A stretch of 64,000 bases of DNA from assembly GCA_004764695.1 (NCBI GenBank), contig SMSO01000031.1:2394436-2458435 (forward strand), in the 5' to 3' direction. The notes below the pieces were generated by a model. It made no database searches. It was given only the letters and a program-made list of their open reading frames with translations, and was not told where the DNA came from. This DNA comes from Schizochytrium sp. TIO01 (Eukaryota > Protista > Bigyra: Labyrinthulomycetes). Below, piece by piece: positions 1 through 12,445 of this stretch; within the stretch, counting starts at the first letter, position 1; each line of letters starts with the position of its first letter. A program made the translations under genes and the position numbers.

Positions 1-212
1 AGAAAGGCTTTTTGTTCTTGTCTTCCTTGGTCTTTCTTCGTTCCTTCATCTGGCCACGCGCAATCCCCGCATTGAACGCGTACAGCTGGACAAGAAAAAA
101 GGTTTTCCTATTCACAGAGAGACAGACGCATAGACTGAAAGACGCATAGACTCTGAAAGATGCATCGACTGAAAGACTCAGAATAGAGACTCTGACGCAC
201 TCGATCTTTCAT
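1..212 (-). CDS. Probable 5' end of a spliced gene running off the left edge (exon 212-201, intron 200-86, exon 85-<1); product unknown
   Basis: On the minus strand ATG AAA GAT CGA is followed by donor GTGCGT at 200. Acceptor TTTTTTCTTGTCCAG ends at 86. Splicing gives an open frame MKDR-LYAFNAGIARGQMKERRKTKEDKNKKPF to the window edge. An alternative start is the in-frame ATG at 49. Confidence 0.45.
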
Positions 213-1047
213 TCAAGGAATCGATTTAGTTTTGCCAATTCAACAAACAGACGAAGAAACAGACAGACAGACAGACAGATAGAGAGATGAGAAAGTCGCG
301 CGAAGAACTCGGCGGCGAAAGATACTGAAAACAATAAGACTCGCTAGCTGCTTCTTGTTTCAAGTGTGAGGAGAATCGACGAAAACGATTAGCCCGAAAA
401 AACATTTAGTCTGCTGAGGGCAGTCGAACAACAAATTAAATTTGTTTGTTTGTTTGTTTGATCATCGTAGGTGTAAAGGCAAAAGAAAGGTAAAGCACCG
501 ACGGTCTGAGAAAGCGCGGAGAGGCTCTCTCCTTTCACGTTGGCCTGGCTGGCAGAAGTTTGTACTTTTGTTTTTTGGGATGACCTAATAGCCATCCCTA
601 AAGGTGAACAGAATAGAGCAGATCCAATGGAATGCTGCTTATAAAATTCTAGTTAAGACTGATTGGTTAATTCATAAAACGAAAGCTGTTCGTGGGTTCG
701 CGCTCGTTAAAGCAGCAATCAAATCAACCATCTGTTATGAGTAAGCCGGTCAAAACGGAGCCAAGCCGCCCAGGGCAACCTTCTGCATGGTACGATGCGT
801 TGCCAAATCCAAGTTACTTGCGCTCGTATTCGTCGTTACGCCTTTGGAAATAGAAAAGTGGCAGACCTCGAGAAGCAAAGTTACCCTGTCGGAGCTCCAA
901 GTGATGAATGATCGGGCGATCGATCGGATTGTTGATGCACACGACGTGCGACTTCATCATTTACGAACTATTCTCTTATGCAGAGAGAGTCCTTATTGGC
1001 TGTGAACAAAGAGGTAAGCCAAGTATCTTAAAAAAGGAACGTGCGAA

Positions 1048-1140
1048 TCACTCATTCACTCACTCAATCTCTCACTCACTCACTCACTCACTCACTCACT
1101 CACTCACTCACTCACTCACTCACTCACTCACTCACTCACT
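1048..1140. repeat. (TCAC)n microsatellite
   Basis: Directly visible tandem array. Confidence 0.95.
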
Positions 1141-1593
1141 TGCTCGCGTAGGGCTCATCCAGGCAAAAGTCTACTCACTTGCGTTCTTGAACAACCAAAA
1201 GAAGCTTTGAAAGACAGCAGCCGCTATTGCACTCTTACCCTTTGTACTAGCCGAGAGAGACGGCGTGACAGCAAACAAACAGCACAAACAAGTGAGAGCG
1301 ACTTTGAACTGTCCGAAGTTAACTTCAGAGTACCTTGATTCATTCCTTCGCTTATTCATTCCTTCATTCATTCTGCGTTCGGCCCCAACTAAACTAAACA
1401 GTGCGCAGCTCCGATCAGTCAGGTTCGAGGCCTCTTCTCCGCGAGCATAAGCCGCGCTTATTGGGGCTCTGAGGGGCAAAAGCGCAGGAGAAAGAAGCCA
1501 AGGAAAGCAGCCTAGTTTTGCAAAACTTGAAAAGGAAGCAGCAAAGCGCCCCAGGCGGCGCACACCTCGCCATCAAAACGAGCGCGCCGTGGC

Positions 1594-1634
1594 AGAAGAA
1601 GAAGAAGAAGAAGAAGAAGAAGAAGAAGAAGAAG
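1594..1634. repeat. (GAA)n microsatellite
   Basis: Directly visible; source of the poly-K in spurious ORF 1518-1760. Confidence 0.95.
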
Positions 1635-2112
1635 GAGACGGCTCTCCCCGGAGTTTTACTACAATTCTATGGACCAAAGCCGAAGAAAAGGCTTCGAAGC
1701 AAGAACAGTGTGCAAACGAGACGGAACTCTGAGGCGCTGTCGCTGAGTGGGAGAACTTGAAGAGGCCAGGTGTTTAATTTATGATCGAATTATTGAAAGC
1801 TATTGAACACTAAGGGATATAAGTACAAGAAGAGAAATATACATATGAAGGAGATGGCGAAACGTGACGTGAGAAGGAGCGATGAAACTAAAAGATAACC
1901 AAAGAAGAAGAATACACAACTATTGTTGTAGTCGTAAACATCATCTTTCCCGCAGCGGCTTTGAAGAGGAAAACATGATTTAGTTAATGTTGTTTTTCTG
2001 CTGGTGAAACTTGTTGGTTAGAAACTGAAATGAAAATAGTGAAATCCTCTTTATCAATTAAGAGGTATTTATATAATTATAATTTATGATAAATCTCTCT
2101 CTCGATTTTAGT

Positions 2113-2158
2113 AAAATAAGAAGAAAATAAGAAGAAAATAAGAAGAAAATAAGAAGAA
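2113..2158. repeat. 11-bp minisatellite (AAAATAAGAAG)x4
   Basis: Four exact units from 2113. Confidence 0.9.
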
Positions 2159-4564
2159 CATTAGAATAAGAAATTAAATTATGAGAATCAAGTTCGTCGA
2201 AGTCTGCATCTTTCCAACAGAGTACCTCGACAGTTCCAAGCCACCCTCAGAAACACACAAATAAACGACCATCAAACAAACAAATAAACCAACACCAAAA
2301 ATGAGCTTCTCCACGAAATGGGAGACAGAATGTCAAACGGCACAAGAGACATTTGATTGAGGAGACCTGCTTTTTGATTCTCGTCCATAGCGCTGTTTAA
2401 GTCCTTCGCTCCTCCCCTCAGCAAATGAAATAAATAGCCTGCGCTCTTGCTATGGCCTCCTCTTCTCCACCTCCTCGGCAACTATCTATCTCTCAGTCAG
2501 TCAGTCCCTCAGCCGCGCATCCGCATAAAGACAGCAGACAGAAACAGGGATCGTCGATGCCCAGTCAGACCTAATCTGTTGGCGCCTTTTGCGGGGCCAT
2601 TATGGATGAACTATGGCGCAGTTATTGGTCAACTCTACAAATTATGAAGGCCTTCCTTTCCTCATTTACGAGCCTGTAGATGTCTTCTGTCCTTATTCAG
2701 CTATTCCTTTCATTTCATTTCATTTCATTTCATTTCGTTTCCTTTCATTTCATTTCATCCCACCGATGGTCGATTCGCCTTCTTTTGACTCCTCAGCGAA
2801 TGCGAAATACCGAGGGTCGAGCAGAGTTGCTGCCCACCGCAATTTCGCACAAGAGCATTTCGGGCTTCTCAGAGGTAGGCAAAACTTCTTTCCAAAGCGT
2901 TGCGTGGCGTCTATGGCAGCTCATACGATCGATAGACGTTGGAGTTCCTTCTTGGACTTTTCTTTACGAACGAACGGAGCTTGAGTTTACGAAGAATCGT
3001 AAGCTGACGGACACCCTATAGTACCTCTAGAGGCTATCTATAAAGGTTTACAAGGAAAATTGAGGGTTTACAAAGTAGATCCAAGCTTCATCAAAATAAA
3101 TCAGAGGCTCAACAAAGGCTCATTCACCAAAGTAAATTAAAGGTTCATCGACATCAATCAAAAGTTTCTAAACATAAGCTGGAGGCATCTGAGGTTTTTC
3201 ATCATTTTCATGCGTCTCGCCATCAGGCGAATCAATTGAATGAGCAACCTTTGTCAGTGGTATCAGAGTGAAATCACTTTTACTACTCAGAGGCAATAAG
3301 CTAATTAATATTTTTAGCTTGGCTGAAGGCTCAACCAAGCCAAAACAATCACTTTTTACTAGAGTGAAAGAGCTTTTGGTCTACTAACTCGTACCCTTTT
3401 TAAGATTAAAAATAACTGAAGGATCAGTATGTAGACAGCTCGCACGCAAGATGGGCTCTGGTCGCTTAAGCTGCGCAGCTCGTGCTGCGGCGGCGGTCCT
3501 GCGAGCAAGACTGGGCACATGAGTGCTGCAGCTCGCAGGTACTAAGACGGTCCAGCGAGGCCGTGCGCAAAAGGGCAGCGGCACCTCAGCAAAGTCCAGG
3601 AGAGGAGCACTTGCCGGATTTTGTCCCAGATTCCATCTCAGGCCTCTCGGTGACGACCTACTACTAGCAGCTAGCAGTACAGCAGCAAGATCAGCGTGGC
3701 AGGTGGCCCCGCATCCTGCGTACGCACACGCGCTCAGGCAACCTGAGAGTCCAGATGCGTGCGCCTTGGAGAAGGATAATGCTCAGGTCGCGACGGCATC
3801 GCCGAAGATTGAAAGCGGCTTCGAGGCTTTTCAAGTTCTTCATTGCCTTTTCCTGTTTCCTTCCTGCTTTTTAATTATTTTATATATTTAAAACCTAAAA
3901 AGTGAAACCAAAATGGTAAGTAAGTAACTATTCACCAATTATAGTGAATGTTGTTTTTATTTCTATATGCTAGAAGATGACCTACCCGTCTACCGGGCGC
4001 TGTGTTTGAATTCCTTTTCTCGGCAACCAGAATAACGATGATCGATGCTCACTCACTCTCTTTTAGGGCTGCCCCCCTCTCCTTGCGCTTATCTCTCTGT
4101 TGGTTGAGTCCTTTCCAACTCAAAATCTACTTCCTTCATATTTCTTGATTCTTGCTTCTCCATCTGTGTTATCTACCTCTCTACCCTTTCCTACTGTAGT
4201 CCTATGGCAGAATCATCCCTCTCAAGCGCCCCTTCTTCTCCTTATTCCTTCGGTGTAAAAGAAATTTTTCTTCTTCTTTTCTTTACTTTACTTTACTTGA
4301 ATTGGGTCTTTGTTTTTTTCTTTAGGTTCAAAAAGTCGGAGCAGCAGCACGTACACGTGGGTCCGTGGACATCGAGACCGGCGAGGTACCCTGCCGCATG
4401 CAGCAGCTTCAGGGCCCGCCCTGGCACGAGACCTGCGTACGCGAGGGGACGAAGACTCTTCGCATGCAGCGCCGCAGCTCCTTCCGCAAACCTGCTTTCA
4501 GGAAGCGCCACGGCGCCCAGCTTGGGCCCGAACTTTGGCAAATCTCCCTTTCCAGGCTCACTAC

Positions 4565-4603
<39 letters not shown>
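4565..4603. repeat. (AGAT)n microsatellite
   Basis: Directly visible. Confidence 0.95.
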
Positions 4604-5029
4604 TACGTGCCTGCCTGGGGAACACTTGCATGAGTCCCCGCCTGTACAGATGCGCTTTGAAACAAAACAATGAATGAATTTTAAATTAATTTTGATAGCT
4701 TATTCGAAAAGAAAAATGAATAGTGAGAGCTAAGGGTCGAACTGAAAGAGCCTTTATTTAGTTTAGGTTTTGAAATAGAAAGAGAAAAAGAAGAATTGGC
4801 GTGTTGATCTCTTTTCTTGACAGGGATTGCCTTCTTAGGAAAAACTGTGAGATGTGATGTTTATGTTTCTTGAATCGCCTCAAAGAAAGAAGGAAACTTT
4901 GGGGCCTGAGTTATAATTATCCTGATCAAGTGAGTGCGAGAAAAGTAAGAGAGGATTTTAGTTCGAATGATCTTGAGGTAAGTATGAAAATGAGCGGCCC
5001 AGCCGAAGCTTGATTGGAGCGAAGGAATG

Positions 5030-5067
<38 letters not shown>

Positions 5068-5807
5068 AAACAAACAAAGAAGACGAAAGCAAGTCGGAAG
5101 AGGACGTGGCTGCAGGTGTGCAGCCACGAGCGAGAACTTTGGTATGCGCTAGAACCTCAAAGCGTCAGAATAAGGGAGGCGCACACCCACTTTCTTCCCC
5201 GCTTCCTTCCCTCCTTTCGCTCCAAAGCCGAACGAAGCGCCATCGAGGCCAACTAGAACTTCTGCTCTTTGAGTTACATTCGATGGACACTCCACAACAC
5301 GTCGTAGCATTTACTCGTAGGTAGCCAATCTTTCGTTTCTAAAGTTCGTCGGCAGATTGAAAAGGCTGCCAGGCGATTGGATACACTGACGGACCTCGCG
5401 ATGCTCATATCTTATCAGTCAGTCAGTCAGTCAGTCAATCGATCGATGGATCGATCCATCGGTCTCTCTCGATTTCCCTCGTTCTTTCTTCTATCTACGC
5501 TTTGCGTAAGAGGCCAGCTGAGAGAGGGCTCGAAGGGAAGAACGCACGCGTCTTTTGGCAAGCTAGCTTAGTTTCTTTCAGTCAGGTCGGGAAGCCCTCT
5601 CCACTCTATCTTTCTCTCTCTCTTCTCTGCGCAGCCAGCCACTCAGAATCAGGCCGACTGCCTTCCTTTCTTTCGGGTATTTAATTTTATTGTATAAGTG
5701 ATTGTTTCTTCTTCGTTTCTTCATTTCTGCGACGGTGCGACTACACCTAGGTAAGGCAGCTAGTTGGCTATTAGAATCGTAGCTGCATAGAAAGCAATGA
5801 TTTTGAT

Positions 5808-5842
<35 letters not shown>

Positions 5843-8135
5843 TCTTCGATGAACACCTCACTTTGGACGGCATCTGAAGCATCCAGGCAGTAACACCAAT
5901 GTGCATTACGACCAACAGACGGAAAGACAAGCAAACAAGGCAGGAAGCGCAGCGTGAGGAGCAGCAGAGTCTGGATGCAGCGACGGTGGCATGGAGAAGC
6001 AGAAGGGCTGGGCGGGAAACGAGGATCGAGTTCGTCGTATTCAAGGTTTCTGGCCAGCTTTTGAAACACGGGGACATTCCTTTCGATCTCCCTCTTTCCT
6101 TTTTTCTTCATCTTTCGTTAAAAAAATAAAAATATATATATTCATAACAAAAATTAATAATAAGCAGAAGAGAGACACAGTGATCGTAGTAGGTACAGCT
6201 GAGGTGAAGAGAAGATGCTATTCTTTGTAGTTGATAATTAGCCAAAAAGAGATTGTAATGGTTTGATTTGCAAATTGAAAGAAAGAAAGAAAGAAAGAAA
6301 GAAAAGAAAGAAAGAAAGAAAGAAAGAAAGTCACCAAAAAAAAGAATCGAAGAGCGGCAGGATTTGGACTTTGGCACTTGGCGAGTTCGGAAAAGCCGGC
6401 CACTCGCGACCAAAACGCCTCCGCTGCGCCCGCGAGGAGGCCCCTCCCGCCGACTCCCGAGTGAGCGAGTGGCTCCACTTCTTCTTCTCCATAGCTAGCT
6501 TTCCTCGCAAGCGCTCTCTCTGACACGATCTCGTTCATATCCGGTTCCGGACTACCCAGCGAGCTCTTCTTAGCTCAGGAAGGAAGCGATAAATAATAAC
6601 AAAAGCTGAGCCCGGACGCGCACTCCTCAGTATTTCTCTCTTTCTTTCTCTCTTTCTTTCTCTCTTTCTTTATTTCCAGGGCTCCTCAGAGCAGAAGGAT
6701 GAGAAGAAGGACGAGGAAGCAGGAGAAGGAGAAGGAGAAAGGAGAAGAGCTCTCTCTCTCTCTCTCTCCCTCTCTCTCTCTCTGCTGTGGCTTGTATGGC
6801 ACAAAAGACTCTCGAATCTTTGCCAACAATGATGAGAGGCACTCCAACAAATCCGCCAACAGATTTGCCAACAAAAGAGGGCGGCAAAACCTAGCGAGGC
6901 TCTTCTCGATGGCTTGACCAGCACAAAGATCTCTTTATACTACAAGCCACATCTGCTGAGGTAGGCAGAAAGAAGCAAGCATTGCCTATTATCTATCCTC
7001 CAAAGGCCACTTCGACGCAGATGCAGCGGCGTATGAATGTACGTGCGTGCGCGCGTGTGTGTGTGTGTTCTTGAGGAGAGCTCTGAGGCCACAGACACGA
7101 AGCAGGAAATCGTACTCAGGGTTGAGAAAGCAAGCTTTTGGCAGAGGCCTTCCTTCACGAACGAGCAGGCCCAATCGGCAAATTCCAACGATTGATTGGC
7201 TGCCTGCCTGCCTGCCTGCCTGAGGTGGAAGCCGAAGGGTTTTCAAGATTGAATCGAATTTTATGAGCCCAAAGGTCTGCGCTGCGTACCCTCGTCAACT
7301 TGGAGCGATTTTGATAGATAGATGAATAGATTGATAGACAGCGGAAATCTCAATGAAATTGAGGAGGAAATGAAGAACGACGCAACCATTATAATCCAAG
7401 GGGCCGACTCTCGATCTTCTGCTCACGCTTGAAATTCGAGAAGAAACGAGCGAGCGACCAATCCTTGAAAACTCACGCCGCCGCCGCCGCCGCCTTTGGG
7501 GTCGGGAAGTCCAAGGTCGGGAATGCCTTTACCTACCTCATTCGCCTTGTAAGTAAGATAAGCAACAAGAGAAACAAGGCTGAAGTTGAAAGTAGCTAAA
7601 AGAGCGCTCGACGCTAAATTATACGCGACTGCTTTTAAAACTTTTATTCAGCTTGGGTCGAAAGCTGTCCTCCGCGTGTCTCTTTGGATCAATGCCAAGG
7701 CCGAAAATCGATAGATGTCTCCAATCATTTGCTCCTCTCGCTTCCGGGCTCGAAAGCTAGGCACTGCTAGGCACTGCTAGGTACGTCTACACTGTTCTAT
7801 CTTCTTTTCTTTTCTCTCTCCTTGTATGTGTTTCAAAGTTATATAAAGCATTTTATTGCCGGGCGGCACTAGCAGTAAGTAGGAGGTAGTTATAACGAGT
7901 CGCAATCACTGAAGGTGTGCATGGTTATACTATATCAGTTTATTGATACTTCTGTCGAAGCTCCTTCTCCGGGGCTGAAAGTTCCTTCATTCACCATGAC
8001 CATTCGACGTCTTCGCTAGCTGCTAGCAAGCTTGGGTTTTACTAGTAGAGCGTTGCTTCCACGAATTCATGTCTGCGCGAAATCATATTTTCTGATCAGT
8101 TCTTTTGGTTTCTTTGGGAGCGCATGCATCTCTGA

Positions 8136-8163
8136 TTTATTATTTATTTATTTATTTATATGT

Positions 8164-8202
<39 letters not shown>

Positions 8203-8250
8203 CTTATTTGTTTAATCCACCTAATTTTATCTATCTATTTATTTGTTTAT

Positions 8251-8342
<92 letters not shown>

Positions 8343-8350
8343 AAAAGAAA
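8136..8350. repeat. Compound (TTTA)n then (AAAG)n microsatellite
   Basis: A T-rich array switches to an A-rich array near 8250. Confidence 0.95.
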
Positions 8351-9424
8351 TAGCTCTGATGAACTAGTAGTGGCTTTTGTGCCTTAGAATTGATTGCCTG
8401 GGTGTGGATACACGTAACGAGATTCCGGCAATGAAAGGTGACCAAAATGACAGCGATGAGGGCCCTCAAGAGAGCATTCGATTCCTACTCTCGCTTCCAA
8501 TCGAGCAGTGTCGAGACTCTGAGACGGAGGCGGAGATGGCGATTCTTTGAGGCAGGCAAGCAAGGAAGCAAGCGCACTTAATATCCCAGCCATACACAAT
8601 ATTTGTTGGTAAACAGGTACTACGGTAGTACTTACTACAAACGAGAGAAAGAAGCAAAAGCAGGCCAGCTAGAAGGGACAGCTACGACGATGCATTTTCG
8701 ATAGTTCATTGAACGAAGGCGTTAAAGCTTATAAACAAAAGTGCCCGCAAACCTAAAGTCCCCCGCCTCTCTCTGTTTCTTCCTCTGCTTGTTCAACCGC
8801 GGGATCTTTGCCTGTCTTTCAACAGTTTGCTAGGGATGCTTTCAACTCTCTTGCGACTTTCTTTTCTCTCTGTCTTGAGACTTAGTTGCGTGCCTGTCTT
8901 TCTTGAATGAAACGCGAGAGCTAGCTAGCTACTAAGGTTCGCCCTAGAGAAGAAGGGACCATTTCTAGCATGTTTTGATCTGTTCTTGAAACAACGAGTC
9001 TTCCTCAAAAAAGAAAGAAGCGAAGCAGGCATCGAAAGAGCCTGATTTTGGGAGCAGAGCAGCGAATTAAAGCGACGCCGCGGCAGTCGGCAGCTCATCA
9101 GTAGGCAGGTAGCTAACTAGGTACGCGCACTGAGTGGCCGCAGGGCTCCCTCCTCTAAAGGAAGGTCTCCTGCGCCGTTTTTTGGGTGGAATGAGCCGAG
9201 AGAGAGCGAAAGCTGTGTTGCCGATGCTCTTCTCTCAACGAGTGGCAAAAATGCTCGTTCTGAGGCAGCTTTGAGAAGCAAATCAGGAAGAAGTGTCCCC
9301 TCACAGCCGCGAGTACCTCCTCTCGCCACAGTCAAAATATTTCGAGCCCATGTGGGGAGGAAGCAGAGAGGAAAGGATATCTTGAGTCTGTCGGCAAACT
9401 CGATGTTGATGTGCGCGAGGGATA

Positions 9425-9498
9425 AAACAAACAAACAAACAAACAAACAAAACCAAACAAACAAAACCAAACAGACTGACTGACTGACTGACTGACTG

Positions 9499-9539
<41 letters not shown>

Positions 9540-9715
9540 TCCAACACTCAAGTAAATATAACCAATCAAATAATCGAACAAACTTCTTTATTTTATTACA
9601 AACGAGAACCTCCGAACAGACAAAAACAGACAGACAGACTGACAGACAGACTGACAGACAGACTGACAGACAGACTGATAGACTGACATAACAGACAGAC
9701 TGACAGACTGACAGG
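9425..9715. repeat. Compound microsatellites (AAAC)n, (ACTG)n, (ACTT)n, (ACAG/ACTG)n
   Basis: Directly visible adjacent arrays. Confidence 0.9.
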
Positions 9716-12090
9716 CAGTCTGCCGAGTCAGCAGTTCATGATTCTCTTGGCGGTGCTTTGACCAACCTTGGCGGCTGTGGCAGTGAGATCAGTTGCATTT
9801 GGGCTTGCACTTGGTCCTTTTTGATCTTTTCTTGCGAAGATGCAGAAATGAGACTGTCGCTAAGTAATTAGTCGGCGTAATTCTACATTGATGAAGAACA
9901 AGAACAACGAAGCAAAGATTTCTTCTCGATTACATTTTATAAGGCATGGACTTTAGAAGTTGAAAGGACAACATTCCACTCTCTGCCAACATTTTCTGTA
10001 CAGGTAAGTACTACCTACCTATCGAGTGGTGGCTGTCGCAGTGTCGTGAGAATGACAGCTTTGTCAGAGAGTAGATTTTTCGAGTTCTTTGTCGGTTTAA
10101 GCATTAAAGATATCGACTGAAGAGCTTGATGATACCCTATCGAATCAAGACCTCATGTTTTGTGAATCTAACGGCGCCAAGGTCTGATGAAAACAAGGGC
10201 ATTGGAGGTTAACTGCTACAATTCTTTTTGGCTGTAATATAAGAGTGCTCTATTTTTTGCTCAACTTTATTATATAATAACCCGAAAGCGGACATAGAGC
10301 AAGTTATGGCGGAGATTCTACTTATCGAAGTCTAACTTTTCAATTCCTATTTGCTTTGAATCTATATGAAACCTTCATTTTCTAGTATTTTTAAAGGTTT
10401 TGTTTCGAAAAAGGATAAAAAACAAAAATAAAACAAAGAAATATTATGTAAAAGTTAGACATTTTTAGTTATTTGATTAATTTTTCTTTAAAAAAAAAAA
10501 AGGAATGAATGAATGAATGAATGAATGAATTAATTAATTAATTAATGAGTAGGCCTAACTATCAGCTTGCCTAGGTGGCAAATCGACTCAGATTTTAAAA
10601 TACAAATAGGCTACTTCAAGGAAGGCGGAGCGAGAGGAAGCATTAATGATAACAATAAGTGCGCAAAAAAGCCTTCTCACCTCAGTGTGTAGTTATAAGA
10701 TTGGCAAGTAAACACTGGCAACAATAAAAGAGGGCACAACTAGCCAACAACTGCATAAGCAGTAGGTGCGTATGCAGATAGATAGGAAGAACCTTCCACC
10801 TGCTTTTAATCGCCCTCAGAAGCGCCTAAAAGCAGCAGCGAAAAACTAAAAACCAGCCATGCAAGCGTTGCATTTATAGAGCGCGTCAACCCGCAACGTT
10901 TCCAGCAGACCCATCCGTGAGGAGAACCTTCTTCTAGCTACAGCCCGCAGTGCTCCTCCAGAGGCAGCTGAGAAGAAGCGAACGAGGCCTTTCCTCCGAG
11001 TGGAGACAGAGACATTGGGTCCAGTGCAGACTTTCTCTCCCTCTCTCCCTGCCAGCAATCCAGTCAGCTGGAAAGACTTGAGTAATTTTTGCATAGAACA
11101 GACAGCACTGTGTCTGACTGAATATAGAAGTGACGGTAGAGTTGGCCGGAGCACCTGCACAGCGAAGCCAAACGACGGTCAAACAGAGGGAAAAGAGACC
11201 GCAGCAGCAAGTAAAAGTAGAGGCTTCAGAGGCTATGTATTGAGGGGCGGATATCCAACGGCGACAGAGAAGGATCGGCATGCATGCGAGCGAGAAGGTT
11301 GAGGCGTGCGTGGTCAACGGGACATGGCGGAGTCGCGTGGCAGCTCCTCGTGAGGCAAGTCTAGCTCTATAACGCTTCTCCTCAGAACAGAATCGGCAAA
11401 GTTGAAAGCTAGCTGTGGGGGGCAAGTTGAAGTGAGTGGCTCGTGCAGGCGAGCAGAACTTTATAAGTACAAGAAAGACAGAGAGGGGAGGCTGCTAAAA
11501 GAAGAGGCGAAAGAAGTACTATAAAACGGAGGTAGGCAGGCAGGCTCCTAGGGCCACGGTGAAGGGGGGATAGCTAGCTGCTGCTGGATGGATAGACAGA
11601 TGGAGGGAGGGAGGATGGAGGGATGGATGGACGGATGGATGCGTGCAAATAGATAGTTTGAGGACCGCCGTCGAGATGGCCCAAGAGAGCTCGAGGCCTT
11701 GGGCAAAAAGGCGCAGAAAGTCAGCAAGTCAGCCAGGGTATCAGGCAGCCAGCCAGTCGCCCAGGCCATCCAGCTAGAGAGCCTTCAGCCAGCCAGCCAG
11801 CCGATAACCAGCCAGGAGACCATCACTGTAGGCCGGAGAGAAGGTTCATTTCGAAAACTGTCGAGGTAGAGAGAGAATAATAGACGTACTTGCCAATTTC
11901 ACGTTCTTAACGCTGTTGTAATTCCAGCCGTAATAGATGGGTCAGGCACCACAGGCATTTCATTTTCCTGGAGTGAGTAGCTATGTAAAAATGATCCTTT
12001 TTTTCAGACAAGCGGGTGTATATTATAACTAAGTTGCATTATTCAAAATCCAGAGTGGTATCGATTTTGGCGAAGAATCCGAGCCGTGCC

Positions 12091-12445
<355 letters not shown>

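Noticed and set aside
9880-10125. About 80-codon open stretch with a perfect CAG|GTAAGT donor near 10003
   Set aside because: No start, partner exon or recognisable protein motif; not supportable as a gene from sequence alone.
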